Assembly: GCA_037379345.1 (NCBI GenBank) | Contig: CM074520.1 | Location: 1,178,001 to 1,242,000, forward strand | DNA: 64,000 nucleotides | Direction of reading: 5' to 3' | Origin: Perna viridis | Lineage: Eukaryota | Shown here: in pieces, positions 48,987-61,613 of the stretch | Numbering within the stretch: the first letter of the stretch is position 1 | Layout: each line of letters opens with the position of its first letter | The notes under the pieces: model-generated | Told to the model about the DNA's origin: nothing | Seen by the model: the letters and a program-made list of their open reading frames with translations, nothing else | The model's database searches: none | Position numbers and translations under genes: made by a program

Positions 48987-50021
48987 AGGTGTTCATTTGG
49001 TTCTGTTTGTTTCATAATCTTGTGAGTTTGCCCCTTATTGCGATTTTTGTTATTAATTGGTGTATTCCAACACCTGTCTTATCAAACAATTTTCTTGTTC
49101 TGAATGGTGCCTCATCATACATGATTTACTCCAGTTAAATCAATGTTTCTACATAAGTAGATTAGCTGTGTCAAGCTGTATTTCAATCAAAGATACCCTG
49201 TCTCTTTAGGCCCGTGAAATGTTCCCTTTTTTTTTTTAAATGTTTCTTGATATCATTTTAATACAATGTTTCCCTTTAATGAGTTTCCACTTCCATTTTC
49301 CTTTTCAGGTTTGAAATTAAAATATAAACAAACGTTTCATTATTTTATTTAAACAAACAAAATTTAACAACTATAAAATACATAACAAAGAATAGACCCT
49401 GTATATGGATTATCACATGACAATGAATCAGTATAAAAATATTTGGTTTTGGAGGTAATTAACTCCATCAGAAAGCACTGTTAACCATCAAGATTTATCT
49501 TCAACCTGTAATGGAAAAAATAAAGTAGACATGAAGTACAAATAAAAATAAATAGGTTAGTTTTGTTTATATTCTGTCAGTTTTTCAAGCTTAAAAAAAA
49601 ACATATTTCAAAGACCCTTTTTAATCATTATGATGAATATTTTCCCTAAAAAATAAACTTGAACTGTCAGAATTTAATCATCTGTAGTATAAGTAACCTA
49701 AAGTTAAGTCACAAAAAGTGTTTTCAAATTGTTTTTTTTTCTTTTCATTACGAGGAAAAAGAAGTATCAATGGTCAATGATTGTAATAATGAGAAAAAAA
49801 AAGATAGAAAAAATGTATTGGTAAATACCTAAATGTAAGTGTAGAATCCCATTAACAGTCATCTCTGATATTTCTGGAGCTAAAACCTTTGTATAGTTAT
49901 CCATATTGAACTGTCACTTATGTCTATTTAGTTTCACATGGTCTACTTTCACTTTGCAGACCACAACATCCTGATCATGTGGTATTATATTGCACTATAC
50001 TGTATCCCTATAATGCCAATC

Positions 50022-53000
50022 CTATACATAGGATGGCACCCATTTATCTTTAGATTTCTGGCCATGTGACTTATGCCGTGGCCGATTGTCATACTGGTTC
50101 CCTGTATTTATGTTTGTAATGATTGTCAGTACATCATCAGCTCTGACGGGAGACTGATAGTTAGCTGGTAACATGTGTGGTAACTTTACTGACTTATGTG
50201 AGTAATTCCTTTCATCTAAAAATAAATCAAGTAAGTTTTCAATCAACATTTAGAATTTGTATTGAAATCTTTGATGTGGAATGCTGCTATTTTATTCATA
50301 TAAATAATAATGAAAGGAAGTTTTCTTTTCTTCATGAATCATAAGTTGCTACTTTGCAAGTGTTCAAGAAGGTTGTCATACACATAATGAAAATTTAAAA
50401 AAACCACATAATTCTGCTCCTGTTTTAAGATTTTTCATGAATCATCAAAATGAAGGCAACTTATAAAATATTTTGCAAAAGTCCATACCATGTGACCCAG
50501 TAGTCTGTGTTGTATCTATATCGCTACTACCATGTCCACTGTCGGAATTTGTCGCTTCATCTGAAAATTCACTGATGTTGTCAAAACTATGGTGACCCTG
50601 AAAATAGAAAATATTAAATTGAGTTGTCACAATATTACCAATTATTTTAATAGTATAAAAAGCCCACATAAGGCACTTCATCATCGTTTTCTCATTAGAA
50701 TTCCTGTTATAAAATAGAAGTCCTCCTCCCTGCGACAGTTTTGGCAACTGATAATTATGTTCCATAAACCTGGTGTAACTCCATACATAAAGTTTGTAAT
50801 ACATAATAATTAACTTACAGAAGACACTTTCAGCCTAAGATAGAGTGGCTAAGATGTGAATAGGGGAAATTGTGAGACCTAATTAACATAGCAATAGCTT
50901 CAGTTTGATGTATCACTGGGTGATTATATTACTTCCTAAAACTACCAATTATAAAATATTATGTAAATTAGGTCAATTGTTTAAGGTCAAGTTAAGATAT
51001 ACAGGGGGTATAGGGGTATCAATATTGATATCCATCATAACAAACCATTTAAAAAGTTAAAGAAGTACTTGACTATTTTAAGCCAAACAAGAAGTTTTTA
51101 CACCTGCCTCATTAATCTTTGTAATCCTGAAGATCAGAATAATTGCCAGATAAACATATGCTGGGGTCAACCATATAGTCACTTCCACAATTTTTACCAA
51201 CTTTTCATATGAACCACTTTTTTTCAAAATACAGTTTAATCCAAGGTCAAAAGATTTGAAAGTTTTTTTTTTTTTATCATACCCATAATCTCAAGTCCCC
51301 TTTCACTGACAGATTCGAGAGAAAATGGGGATCAGCATTTTGGTTGATTGTATAAAAAATCACTCGAGCTCCATCCTTAGGTCAGTCAATGGCCCCACCC
51401 CATCTTTTGAATTTCTTGATCTGTACTGCCTTTCCAGAGTGGTAGATACAAATTGTTTTGAAAAAAAGGGAGATACCTTATGATTTAACATTTTATTACC
51501 AACCGTTTGTTTTGGTAGGTCAACATGTAGATCTTTCTTGCTTATTCTGTACTTGTCAGGCAGCTTCTGAAGAAAAAAACAAGTTATGCTGTTGATAAAA
51601 TGTCCTTTTTATCATCCAAATTAAACTATTAGGAGTTTACTACATATCTTAACTGTCACTTTATTTCTACCTAATTGAGTAAACATGATCATTTCTTACA
51701 AACCATTGCTTTGATCCTCCATTTCACTTAAAGCAAACATTTATTGTATAAATCTTTTGTAACATGAAATAAAATAAGCTTTAAAAAAACATATTAAGAC
51801 TTTTTGTGCTCTGTCTTTTGTCCTTCAAAATTTTTATATGGTGAACTGTATAATGGTCTCTTTAAAATGTACATGTGGAAAGCACACATGTACACACAGA
51901 ACTTGTCACTCAGTTTTATTTATTAACATAAATTGACAACTTTGTAATAATACTTTCACCTTGTCATAAGTTGTATTAAAACAGTTATTCTAACTCTAAG
52001 GTAGGCCTGATAAATACCCTAATCCCCTGTCAGGTACTTGACAATACCATGAGACTATTTAGCAGATAGTACATACATCATTACTAAAAACAAGGATTAC
52101 TATGTAAGCTGGAGATTGTTGTTACATATACAGAATATTTGTAACTTCTAACCACAGATATATTTATTACTCTTCACAATGACTAACACATCCAATGGCG
52201 TGAAATAAATAATAATATTTGACAAAGAAATAAACCTGAACATTATTATATCAAATACTTCTGACTCTTACAGTTTATAATGACTAAATTTTATCCAAAA
52301 ACCTACTACACTTGCAAGTCCCCTTTTTGAATTTGAAAATGGCCATATATATAAACAAATAAATATAACTTGACCAAGTTTTGTAAACCAATTAAAATAA
52401 AGTGAATGTTTTTTTTTCGAAGTATCATCTGGAAATCATAAGTCTGACAGACAACATAGACAGACCAACAAATGAACACCAGGACTTCTTTATACCCCTG
52501 ATTCTCGTCAAGTTTGAATAATTATCTATTAACACATTCATGCATATGTAAAGTATATCTATACGGCTTTGATATAGCTGGGATAATCTTACCTCAAAAT
52601 CATTGAATACTGACTTTGTAGAACTGGTATTACACAACTCCATGTTTTCTGAATCATCATCGATGGAGAAGCTGACTTCTTTCTTCTTCTTTATCTCCAA
52701 GTCTTTATTTCCTGCCACTCCATTCATTGCTACTTTTGACTGAGGCGTGATCTGAGAGAATGTCCTAGGTTTTTGATTCAGTGCCTTATCTTTATATCGT
52801 AGAACCAATATAATGGCGATCATTGCAGCTGATATGACAATTGTCAGAGCCACAACTACTATAGATATCATCATGTTTCTGCTCCCATTCTCAGATTTTA
52901 GGGGATTGGTAGAAGAATTAGTAAAAAGCAGTGTTATTTTTAACACAGTGGAACTTTTTAACCTCCTATTACTGCCATTGTCACTGACCTCAATATTGAG

Positions 53001-55250
53001 TGGGTATGTTTTGTCAGAGATCAGTGGAACAGTTTTCCTCAGGTATAACTTCCCATTTGTGGACTCCATTATGAACACATTTTCTTCATTACCCGTTGTA
53101 ATATTGTAAGTCAGCTGACTATTACGTCCAACCTCATCCACATCATGTGCTTTTACTTGTGTTATAAAAGTACCGATATCAACAGAATACGGTATTCTAA
53201 CGGTATTGTTGGTATTAGTTGGGTATGTTATATTGGGTCTGTTGTCATTGTCATCAATAACATAAACCCTAACAACAATAGAAGCTGACCTCTGTGGTGA
53301 CCCCTGATCCTTAGCAACAACCTTGAACTGGTAACTACTTTGCTGTTCTCTGTCAAGTTTCATAGTGGCAAAGATATCCCCTTGTGGATAGACGATAAAG
53401 GGCACACTAGAACCAGGAGCAAGAGAAAATAAAATGTCAGAATTATCTGTTCCTTTCTGATCTTTATCAAAAGCACTGACAGTCCCAACAGTGTTTTTGG
53501 TGTCACTATTCTCTTCAACAAAAAACTGATAAAATTGAACATCAAAGTATGGAGCATTGTCATTCATGTCTTTGACAGTTAGAATTACAGACCCAGTGCC
53601 AGTCAGTGGTGGGTTTCCACTGTCAACTGCAAGGACAGTAAATTTGTATACTTCTGCAGTTTCACGGTCTAAGGGTTTGTCTGCTGTCACAACTCCAGAA
53701 ATTGAGTTTATAGAAAACCTGTCTTCAGAGTCATTATCCAAGAAATATTGTACCATGTTATTTGGACTGAGGTCATCATCTCTGGCAGAAACTTTTGTGA
53801 TAAGAGTTCCTGGTGAATTATTTTCATCAACTGAGGCAAAATAATTTGTAGAAAAGAATTCAGGAGCACAGTCATTACCATCTAGAACTCTGACATCGAA
53901 AGTCTTGGTGGAGCTTTTGACTGGTGACCCCTGATCTTTACAGACAACCAGTATATTATGATAATCCTGAGTTTCACGGTCAAACATTTTCCTAATAACC
54001 ACAAGATATCCTTTCTTATTTGTTATTGGCTGAAGAGACAGAAATTCTCCAGATATACTACACGTAACATTCCCATTTGGTCCTGTGTCAGAGTCCTCAA
54101 CACTCAATGATGCTAGCACAGATGCAATATTTGTGGATTCAGAAATGTTAACCACACCATTTCCACCAGGTAACAGGAAATTGACTCTAAGTTCTGGTTT
54201 GTTGTTACCAGTATCCAAAATGTTAATGTATACAGTGGCTTGAGAACTTTTGGGTGATCTCCCCTGATCACTTGCATCAATGTAAATTTTGAAATTTTTT
54301 CCAGCTTCATAAACAATATTTCCAATCACAGATATGAATCCAGTAGTTTTATTAATTGCAAAGAGACTGTTTATAGAATCAAGTCCAGACTGACGAGAAC
54401 TAAAGCTATAAATAACTTTCCCGTTTTCACCAATATCCTTATCTGTTGCAGAAACAGCGAGGATATCTGCCCCTTGACTTGTCCCTTCTGCAATGCTTAT
54501 GTTATAAATGCTTTGAACAAAGACAGGAGAGTTATCATTATCATCCAGAACTTGAATAGTTATAGTAGCTGTGCCAGCATTTGATGGAGTACCACCATCT
54601 TTAGCTATGATTTTTAGGTGGTAATTGTCTGTCTGTTCACGATCTAAAGTCTGCTGTAGCACAAGATTCAACCAAAAACCACCATCCACCTTTGGCTGAG
54701 AATCAAGATAGAAAGGACCATTGTCTGGAACAATTTCATAACTTTGAACAGAGTATTGAGGACTAGAGTCATGGTCAGTTGCATCTGTGATAGATAGGGA
54801 AGTACTAATAGTTGCAGATTCTAAGATCTGTAAGTTTATTGTGTTGGTGGGGAAGGATGGAAAATGGTCATTTTTGTCTTCTACTGTGACATGAACAGTG
54901 TAAATTCTAAATATAGATGGCACAGTTATAGATCTAATGACTATGTCAAATGTCAGAACACAAGTATCTCCAAAGTCACAGACACTCTCCCTGTCTATCT
55001 GAATCTTAGTCTGTAAATCTCCTGTTTTGTCATTGATTATGAACAAATTCTCAATATCTGTTTTATCAAGAAAAGTATATCTAAGATTATCAAATTCCTG
55101 AGTCGACATATTGGCACCAAATCCACTACTTGTAGCTAGATTGCCCACTAAAGTATCCAGTGGCATTTCTTCCATTATCTGGAAGTTAATGTTTTCTCCA
55201 TGACAAATGATTGTAAGGTATAGCAGTCCAATGATAATGTACAGCACCAT
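50022..55250 (-). CDS. Protocadherin B (delta-type, 7 EC repeats); complement(join(50022..50215,50489..50597,52593..55250))
   Basis: Signal peptide; EC1 DRESVCDFGDTC; seven cadherin repeats in one exon; TM; KKKKEVSF. Splice sites GAG|gtaaga, ttttcag|GGT, G|gtatgg and ttttag|AT give phases 0 and 1, as in paralogue A. CM1-like SDSGHGSSD. Ends WVPSYV*. An extra small exon in 50598-52592 cannot be excluded. Confidence 0.93.
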
Positions 55251-57727
55251 TTTATCTTGTATTTATTACTCCAGCTGGTCAGATTTCAGGTTGATACTTC
55301 ATACCTGCAAAAAAGAATCAATATTGTGAAAAAATCTTAAAAAATTCAGAAATATTTAAAAAAAATTAAAAGAAAAGTTGTCTCTTAACAAATAAAAATA
55401 CCTGTAGCTGTTCTGGGCAACTGAGTTTTCTTTTTATATCTGTTCTAAAAAAATTCTCTGTGGCAATGGTTACTGTAGTCAAAAGCCTTACTATTTTTGA
55501 GAGGATTATCAATGAACAAGTACATGTACTCCAAAATAAAAGGTAGCAAGGGTTTGACATGCACATCCCTATCCAGATTTATCAAATGGACACTTTTATG
55601 TTGAAGATAACTCAAAGATTATAAAGTTTTCACTATGATAAAAATCTCAACAGCCAATCATGGCCGAAGCATTAGTCATCATCTACCCAAATAACCCTAT
55701 CATCTTATAAAAATGTGCTGGGTTTCATACTTTAAAACAAAACCCATCTCCTAGAATGGCAGGATTTATGATTGTAATGTTTCATCGGTGTGTTGGTTTA
55801 ATGTCCAGCAGTTTTCTAGATAACACACAATAAAAATCCAATAAATAAGAAAAACTACCAATACTGGTCATAACAACTAGAAAATTTAATTTTCCCTTGT
55901 CTTAAAATCCTGGGTAGAAAAGCACAATGACCATCCTTTACTTGAACTGATACTTTGTGTGATATCATTAATTAGATTGATGGGCCTAATAAAGTTCATT
56001 CTTAAATAAACAAGTTTATCTTGATATTGACAGAGATTTCAATGTGGACATGAGAAATGGTGTGAAGTAGATTTCTATGGTCTCAGAAAGCCTGCAGATA
56101 TTTGGTGTCATAAATTAAACATGACTTCATTTTCAATAAAAAAAAATGTTTTACATTACAGACATTTAAATTGTCCTTAATTTATGTGTTTTAACAGCTC
56201 TATTAAGTTACAGACATAATTTAAGTCATAGAAATCTCCAACACAACAGTAGTCAATATGCTACATCAAAAACATAAGTTTATTAAAATCAATTCAACAC
56301 TGCATTTAAACAACAAATGTACTGGCATTTTTCCTCCTAGCTCAAATCTCATAATAAAATATCTAGATCAGATTACAGTGGGACCTCTTTTATCAATTTA
56401 TCAAACTTCAATTCTCATTTTAAAAAAGATTGTGATTTAAGTTTGTCATCAAATAAATCCTTAAATTATCTAAGTTTATGACTTACCGATGGAAGATAAC
56501 TCTTTACAAATATATTACTCTAACAGGGAGACAACTTTTTATAAATGTGGTAGCCTAGCAAGTGAATGATTTTCTTCTGTTGTCAAATGACATAATTTCA
56601 TAAATTATTTTAAAGAAAATGTCTAAAGCCATACTTGATAAAATATAACTTAGTGTGTATAATACAAATTTCAATGATGTCTAAGTAACATACCCAAATT
56701 TTATGATCCTCTAAGATTCTTCATAAAACAATCATTTTAAAAAATCAGAATAGACAGTCACTTCTTATTCCTACAAAATAAGAATATATATGTAAAGGAA
56801 AAATCCTATCTCATATCGATAATTTGACAACCTCTGTTTCACTTTTAAATATATCTAATGGAAACCCTATCTTATGGAAGTTACATATATAGAGGTGATG
56901 TAGCAATTAAATCAACTTAATACACATTAGCTGAGTAAACATTTGGATAAATAAAAATTTTACCCCTGATTGAGAACAAACTTATACAACAAAGACATCA
57001 CATGGACATAGAGATCTTCTTTTATTCCCACCTCTGTGTTTGTGTACCAAATAATGGCTATACCTCAGTTGGTATTATTGAGAGGTGTGAAAGCTACATA
57101 TTTTCAATTAATTTATTTACATCTATGTTCCAATAAGATTATCTCCCTTTAACAAAGTAAATACCAACTCCTGTTAGTATTTTGAAGGGAGATGTTTGTT
57201 TTAAGGAAAACGTTGACTCAGAAATAAAAATATCATCTGTTACAGGATGCCGATTGTATGGAGACACCTGAAAGAATTCAGATTGCTGACAGTCATATTT
57301 CAGATTTTTGAAAATAATTATTTGAACAATTTCCTGATATTTTAGTCATGTTATTCATAATTTGTCTCTGTGTGATGGACAATGTATTAAAGAAAAAATC
57401 CACTGAGACAATACGGATATTCTAAAATCAACAAAATAATTATAATGTTTCTCAGAGTTTCAATTTTTTGAAAAATATGCTAATTTTTTATAACAGAAAC
57501 TGAATATTTTATCTCTCAAATTTTCTATCAAATATGTGCAAAAGAATACTGAAATGAAAGCAAAGAAGTCATTGAAAAATAACTCAGCAGAGAAATTATA
57601 TTGCAATTAACACAGAATTTTTGGCCAAAGAATAAATAAAAATATGACAATACTTCCCATACTACTGACCTCTTCTGATAGCTTCCTCATTAGATATCTT
57701 ATAGTGGTAATTTTATAGTCAAAACTA

Positions 57728-58024
57728 ACACCAAACTGAACTTAATGTCACTAACTTTTATACTAGACCTTGGACAAGTACCCTAGCCACCAAACAGAGC
57801 TTAATGTCACTAACTTTTATACTAGACCTTGGACAAGTACCCTAGCCATCAAACAGAACTTAAAACTTTTATACTAGACCTTGGACAAGTACCCTAGCCA
57901 CCAAACAGAGCTTAATGTCACTAACTTTTATACTAGACCTTGGACAAGTACCTTAGCCATCAAACAGAACTTAATGTCACTAACTTTTATACTAGACCTT
58001 GGACAAGTACCCTAGCCATCAAAC
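57728..58024. repeat. 59-bp tandem repeat, about 5 copies, one with an internal deletion
   Basis: caaacaga(a/g)cttaatgtcactaacttttatactagaccttggacaagtaccctagcca(c/t) repeated. Confidence 0.95.
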
Positions 58025-61000
58025 ATTAACAAATGTAGGTATTATACTCACGTCAATTAGAACCTGTCTTACACTCTTCTTCTCAATAAAAGTAAACAAT
58101 TTGTTCTTTTACTCCATTTTTTACAATGAAGATCAAACTTTTCAATACTTCAATAATTCTATTAAAACCTTTGTGTACAGTCCTTACAGAAAATCTCACT
58201 TCAACATGATTCCTCTACTAGTTTAAATATTTGTTGAGGATATAGACCCTACTTCTGAAGAAAGTTAAGCTAGGGATTAAACAGTGGGCCACTGGTTATG
58301 AAAAGGGCTAGTCATTACTAGGTTATTAGTTAGTTACCATTAAATATCTTCATTATAACATTTTTTTTTATAGTTATTGGTTCAGATATATTCTTGTTTC
58401 ATTCCCTTGAAATCTGGAGAGACATAAGATATGGTTTGAATTGCTATTTTGGGACTCTATTTTTTATCTGTCCTGATTTTTCATAACTGAATTCAGATAT
58501 TGTCAGCACATCCTTATCATATTTGCAATGCATTATCACCCCAAAGTAATAAATGAAGAAAGCAACCAAGTAATGGTTTATATAAAAAATATTTTATTTT
58601 TAAAACTTCTTCAAAATTGAAAAAAACCCTGCAAAATGTGTCCCTCCTCAAACTAAACCTAGAAACTTTCCTATATATCATATACTTTCAAGGAAATTAT
58701 AAGTAACCTGTAACGATGAGGACTATTTACATAAATTTAACATCATTCAAAAAATGTATGTGTATAAATTATTTTTCCTATTCCTATCACCAAATGATAC
58801 ATTATTTAAATGTTCAATGGAGAACAAAAACACTTCCTATGTACATGTTTATAATAGAACACTAATATGATGATGTTTCAGATTTAGACATTTTAAGCAG
58901 TCTATGTTAATAATAGAATTATCAACAATCAATTCTTGACCTAAAATAACTTCTATCACTATTGTTCTCAGTCATTCACCAGAGATATAAACATAAAACC
59001 TTCATAATACTTCCATTATCTTTACTTATCTTTACCTCCTACATTTAAAACTGTATTATTTTGCATGGTACATTTATATCTCAATAACATTTAGTTCTGC
59101 AAAAATATTAATTAATTCAATAAAGATGTCTTACGCGCATTTATGTACACATCGATTTTCAACTGGTTGCAACCAAACAAAAGTAAGAAAATAAAAGGAA
59201 AGAACAAATTTAATAGAAATATACAGCAGTGTTGCAGTAATGGGATAAATTAAGTAAAATAAATTATCAGCATTTCTGATACAACTTAATTGTCAAATTT
59301 ACCAAGAATTTGGATTTAAACAGGACAAATATTTAACATTTGATATCTTTTTGTGAAATCAGTTACAATAATTTATATTCAATATATCAATATCATGTGT
59401 CTCTAACTTTTCTAACAACAGTACCTTAAAATTTGAATGGAATATCTTATATGACAGGAAACTCTCAAGAAAAATGAAACCAACATCAACACAACACACA
59501 GCCTAGCATGATTCCAGTCAATTTCACCAAACTGTAATTCATGTGCACTAATTGAAATACATTTAAATGTCGGCAATATCCATTGACTTAATATCTCCAG
59601 TTATTATTCTTCCCTAATGTCTTGTTTAGTTAAAGCTAAATTACAGAGGTCCATCTCCAGTCTTGTTAATGCTCTGTAATGTGAATTTAGACCAAATTTG
59701 ACCAGTGTGTAACAATTGTCTAAATTACAAAAGTTTTGTTCAGATAAATCATAGTGGACGGTAATGGCCGTTTATGACAAAACCAATCAGAGCCTCCCAC
59801 TGATCAATGACCAAACTGATATCTCTCTGTCAAGGAAGAAACCAGTCTAATGGATGCTACCTGTACAGGTATACAGACTGACCACTGGTCATGTCGGCAG
59901 ATCAGAAAAAAAATAATCTCCTCTGATGTTAGCAACTATCTCATTATGATGCATTTAAAATGTAGCCAGATGTTCATATTTAAAGATTTCAAAAGCAAAA
60001 AAAGTTTCCTTAAATATGGTAAGCAAATCAAAATGCTAGATAATCAAAATAGACACAATTTTTTCTTTTTTCTCAAAACACAAATAAATTAGATCTAAAA
60101 ATCCTACCTTATTTAAATGCTACTTGATAAATCACCACTTAATAAAATAATAAATCCTGAAAATGTTTACTAACATAGTCTAACATTGAAGTCCTTTTAA
60201 TACAGGTACCTGAACAGGTTAGTGGACCACTGTAAACTGGTCCAGACATACAGCTCTATACTCAGATAGGCCAGACAATTAAATTATCACCTTCATATGA
60301 AGTGAAGTGACCATTTAATTACAGAATAAAAGGGACACAACTAATGTGATAAAATTTTAACCAGACATGCATATTGCTGGTATTGAAGGGTATTGTCCTG
60401 TTAATTAGCCAGGAGTAATAATTCTCTCCATGTTAATTGGATTAGCATGTCTGGACCAGGTATATCCCCAGGAGTAAGACAACTGTTGTTTTATGATCAT
60501 TCCACACAATCTCTTTGAGAAAGATATCAACATTTGGTAATTAATATACTGATAAAATATCTTAGTGAAAAACAGCAAGGAGACCATGTTTGAAAGGAGG
60601 AATGAAGAAGTGAATGATTATATAGTTAAGGAATGAGTTTTCAAATAATAAAAATACACTAGCTTCTATTCCCATGGTACATGTAGTAAAAATTGAATAT
60701 AAATGAGAACATTCTTTAATTAGTTTCTTCGCCTTGCTAAGAGGATGTCTAAATGAATGCCTTAAAAATAAATGCATTTAAATATGAATTCCACACAACA
60801 ACGCTTTCAAAAAACCCATAAGTACTCACAAGAAAAGAAATAACCAGAAATCCAAATGCAATCCTACAACTTCCTCTTCAGCATAGTTTCACTAACACCT
60901 GATGTTATTGAAGAGCCTTTAGCCAAAAATATGTCTCAGGACACAGAAAGTCATTTATACAATATATATTGAAAAATTACATGAAGTTTTGTTTCAGTTG

Positions 61001-61493
61001 TGTGAAACATGTTCCATTTCAAAGCCATAAGCTAAAACATGAAAAAAACTAAACAAAATGGTCCAATGCATCAATTTGTTCAATAATTTTTCATCTTTAA
61101 TTGGTGATAAATAAATATTTTATTACAAAAAAAAGACATACTCATATTCCATTTGTCCATATTGACAAATTAATGTCACATGTCACATTCACTTTGTTTC
61201 TACAAGGTGTAAAATTTATTTAAACATGAAAAAATGTTTTTTACAAGACTCATATTGCCAAAGGAAAAAAGTTGTAAAGGAGAAATTAAGTGATGTTACA
61301 TTTGATGCATGTTGCTTTTTCTCCTGGGCAAAGTAAAGGGGTCACTAATTTTATACAGTCATACTGGAAAAATTTATTGTAATTAAAAATGTTTAGAAGA
61401 AAGAAATTTTTCACTCAAAACTTAGGGCTCTTGTTACTAAAGAGATTCAATGTCATCACAGGCAAAAATGAGTCACATTAACTTAATGTTACG

Positions 61494-61613
61494 GTTAAAT
61501 TAGTATTAGATTAACCTTTAAATGAATGTTAAGTTAACGTTAACTGAGCCCTTGATTGTTAATGAACATTAAAATTTAATGTTAACTTAACATTACCTTA
61601 ACACTAATTTAAC
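61494..61613. repeat. Imperfect AT-rich inverted repeat (foldback)
   Basis: gttaaattagtatta...aatgttaagttaac versus gttaacttaacatt...taacactaatttaac. Confidence 0.6.

Noticed and set aside
47464-49025. Long Cys/Val/Trp/Gly-rich ORFs (up to 483 aa) resembling keratin-associated or metallothionein-like proteins
   Set aside because: They are open in all three plus frames because the 25/26-bp repeat has few stops on that strand. There is no signal peptide or unique sequence.
52425-52592. Last 55 residues of the 941-aa ORF
   Set aside because: They lie after a consensus GAG|gtaaga donor at the same position as in paralogue A, and the CM1 exon continues in frame downstream.
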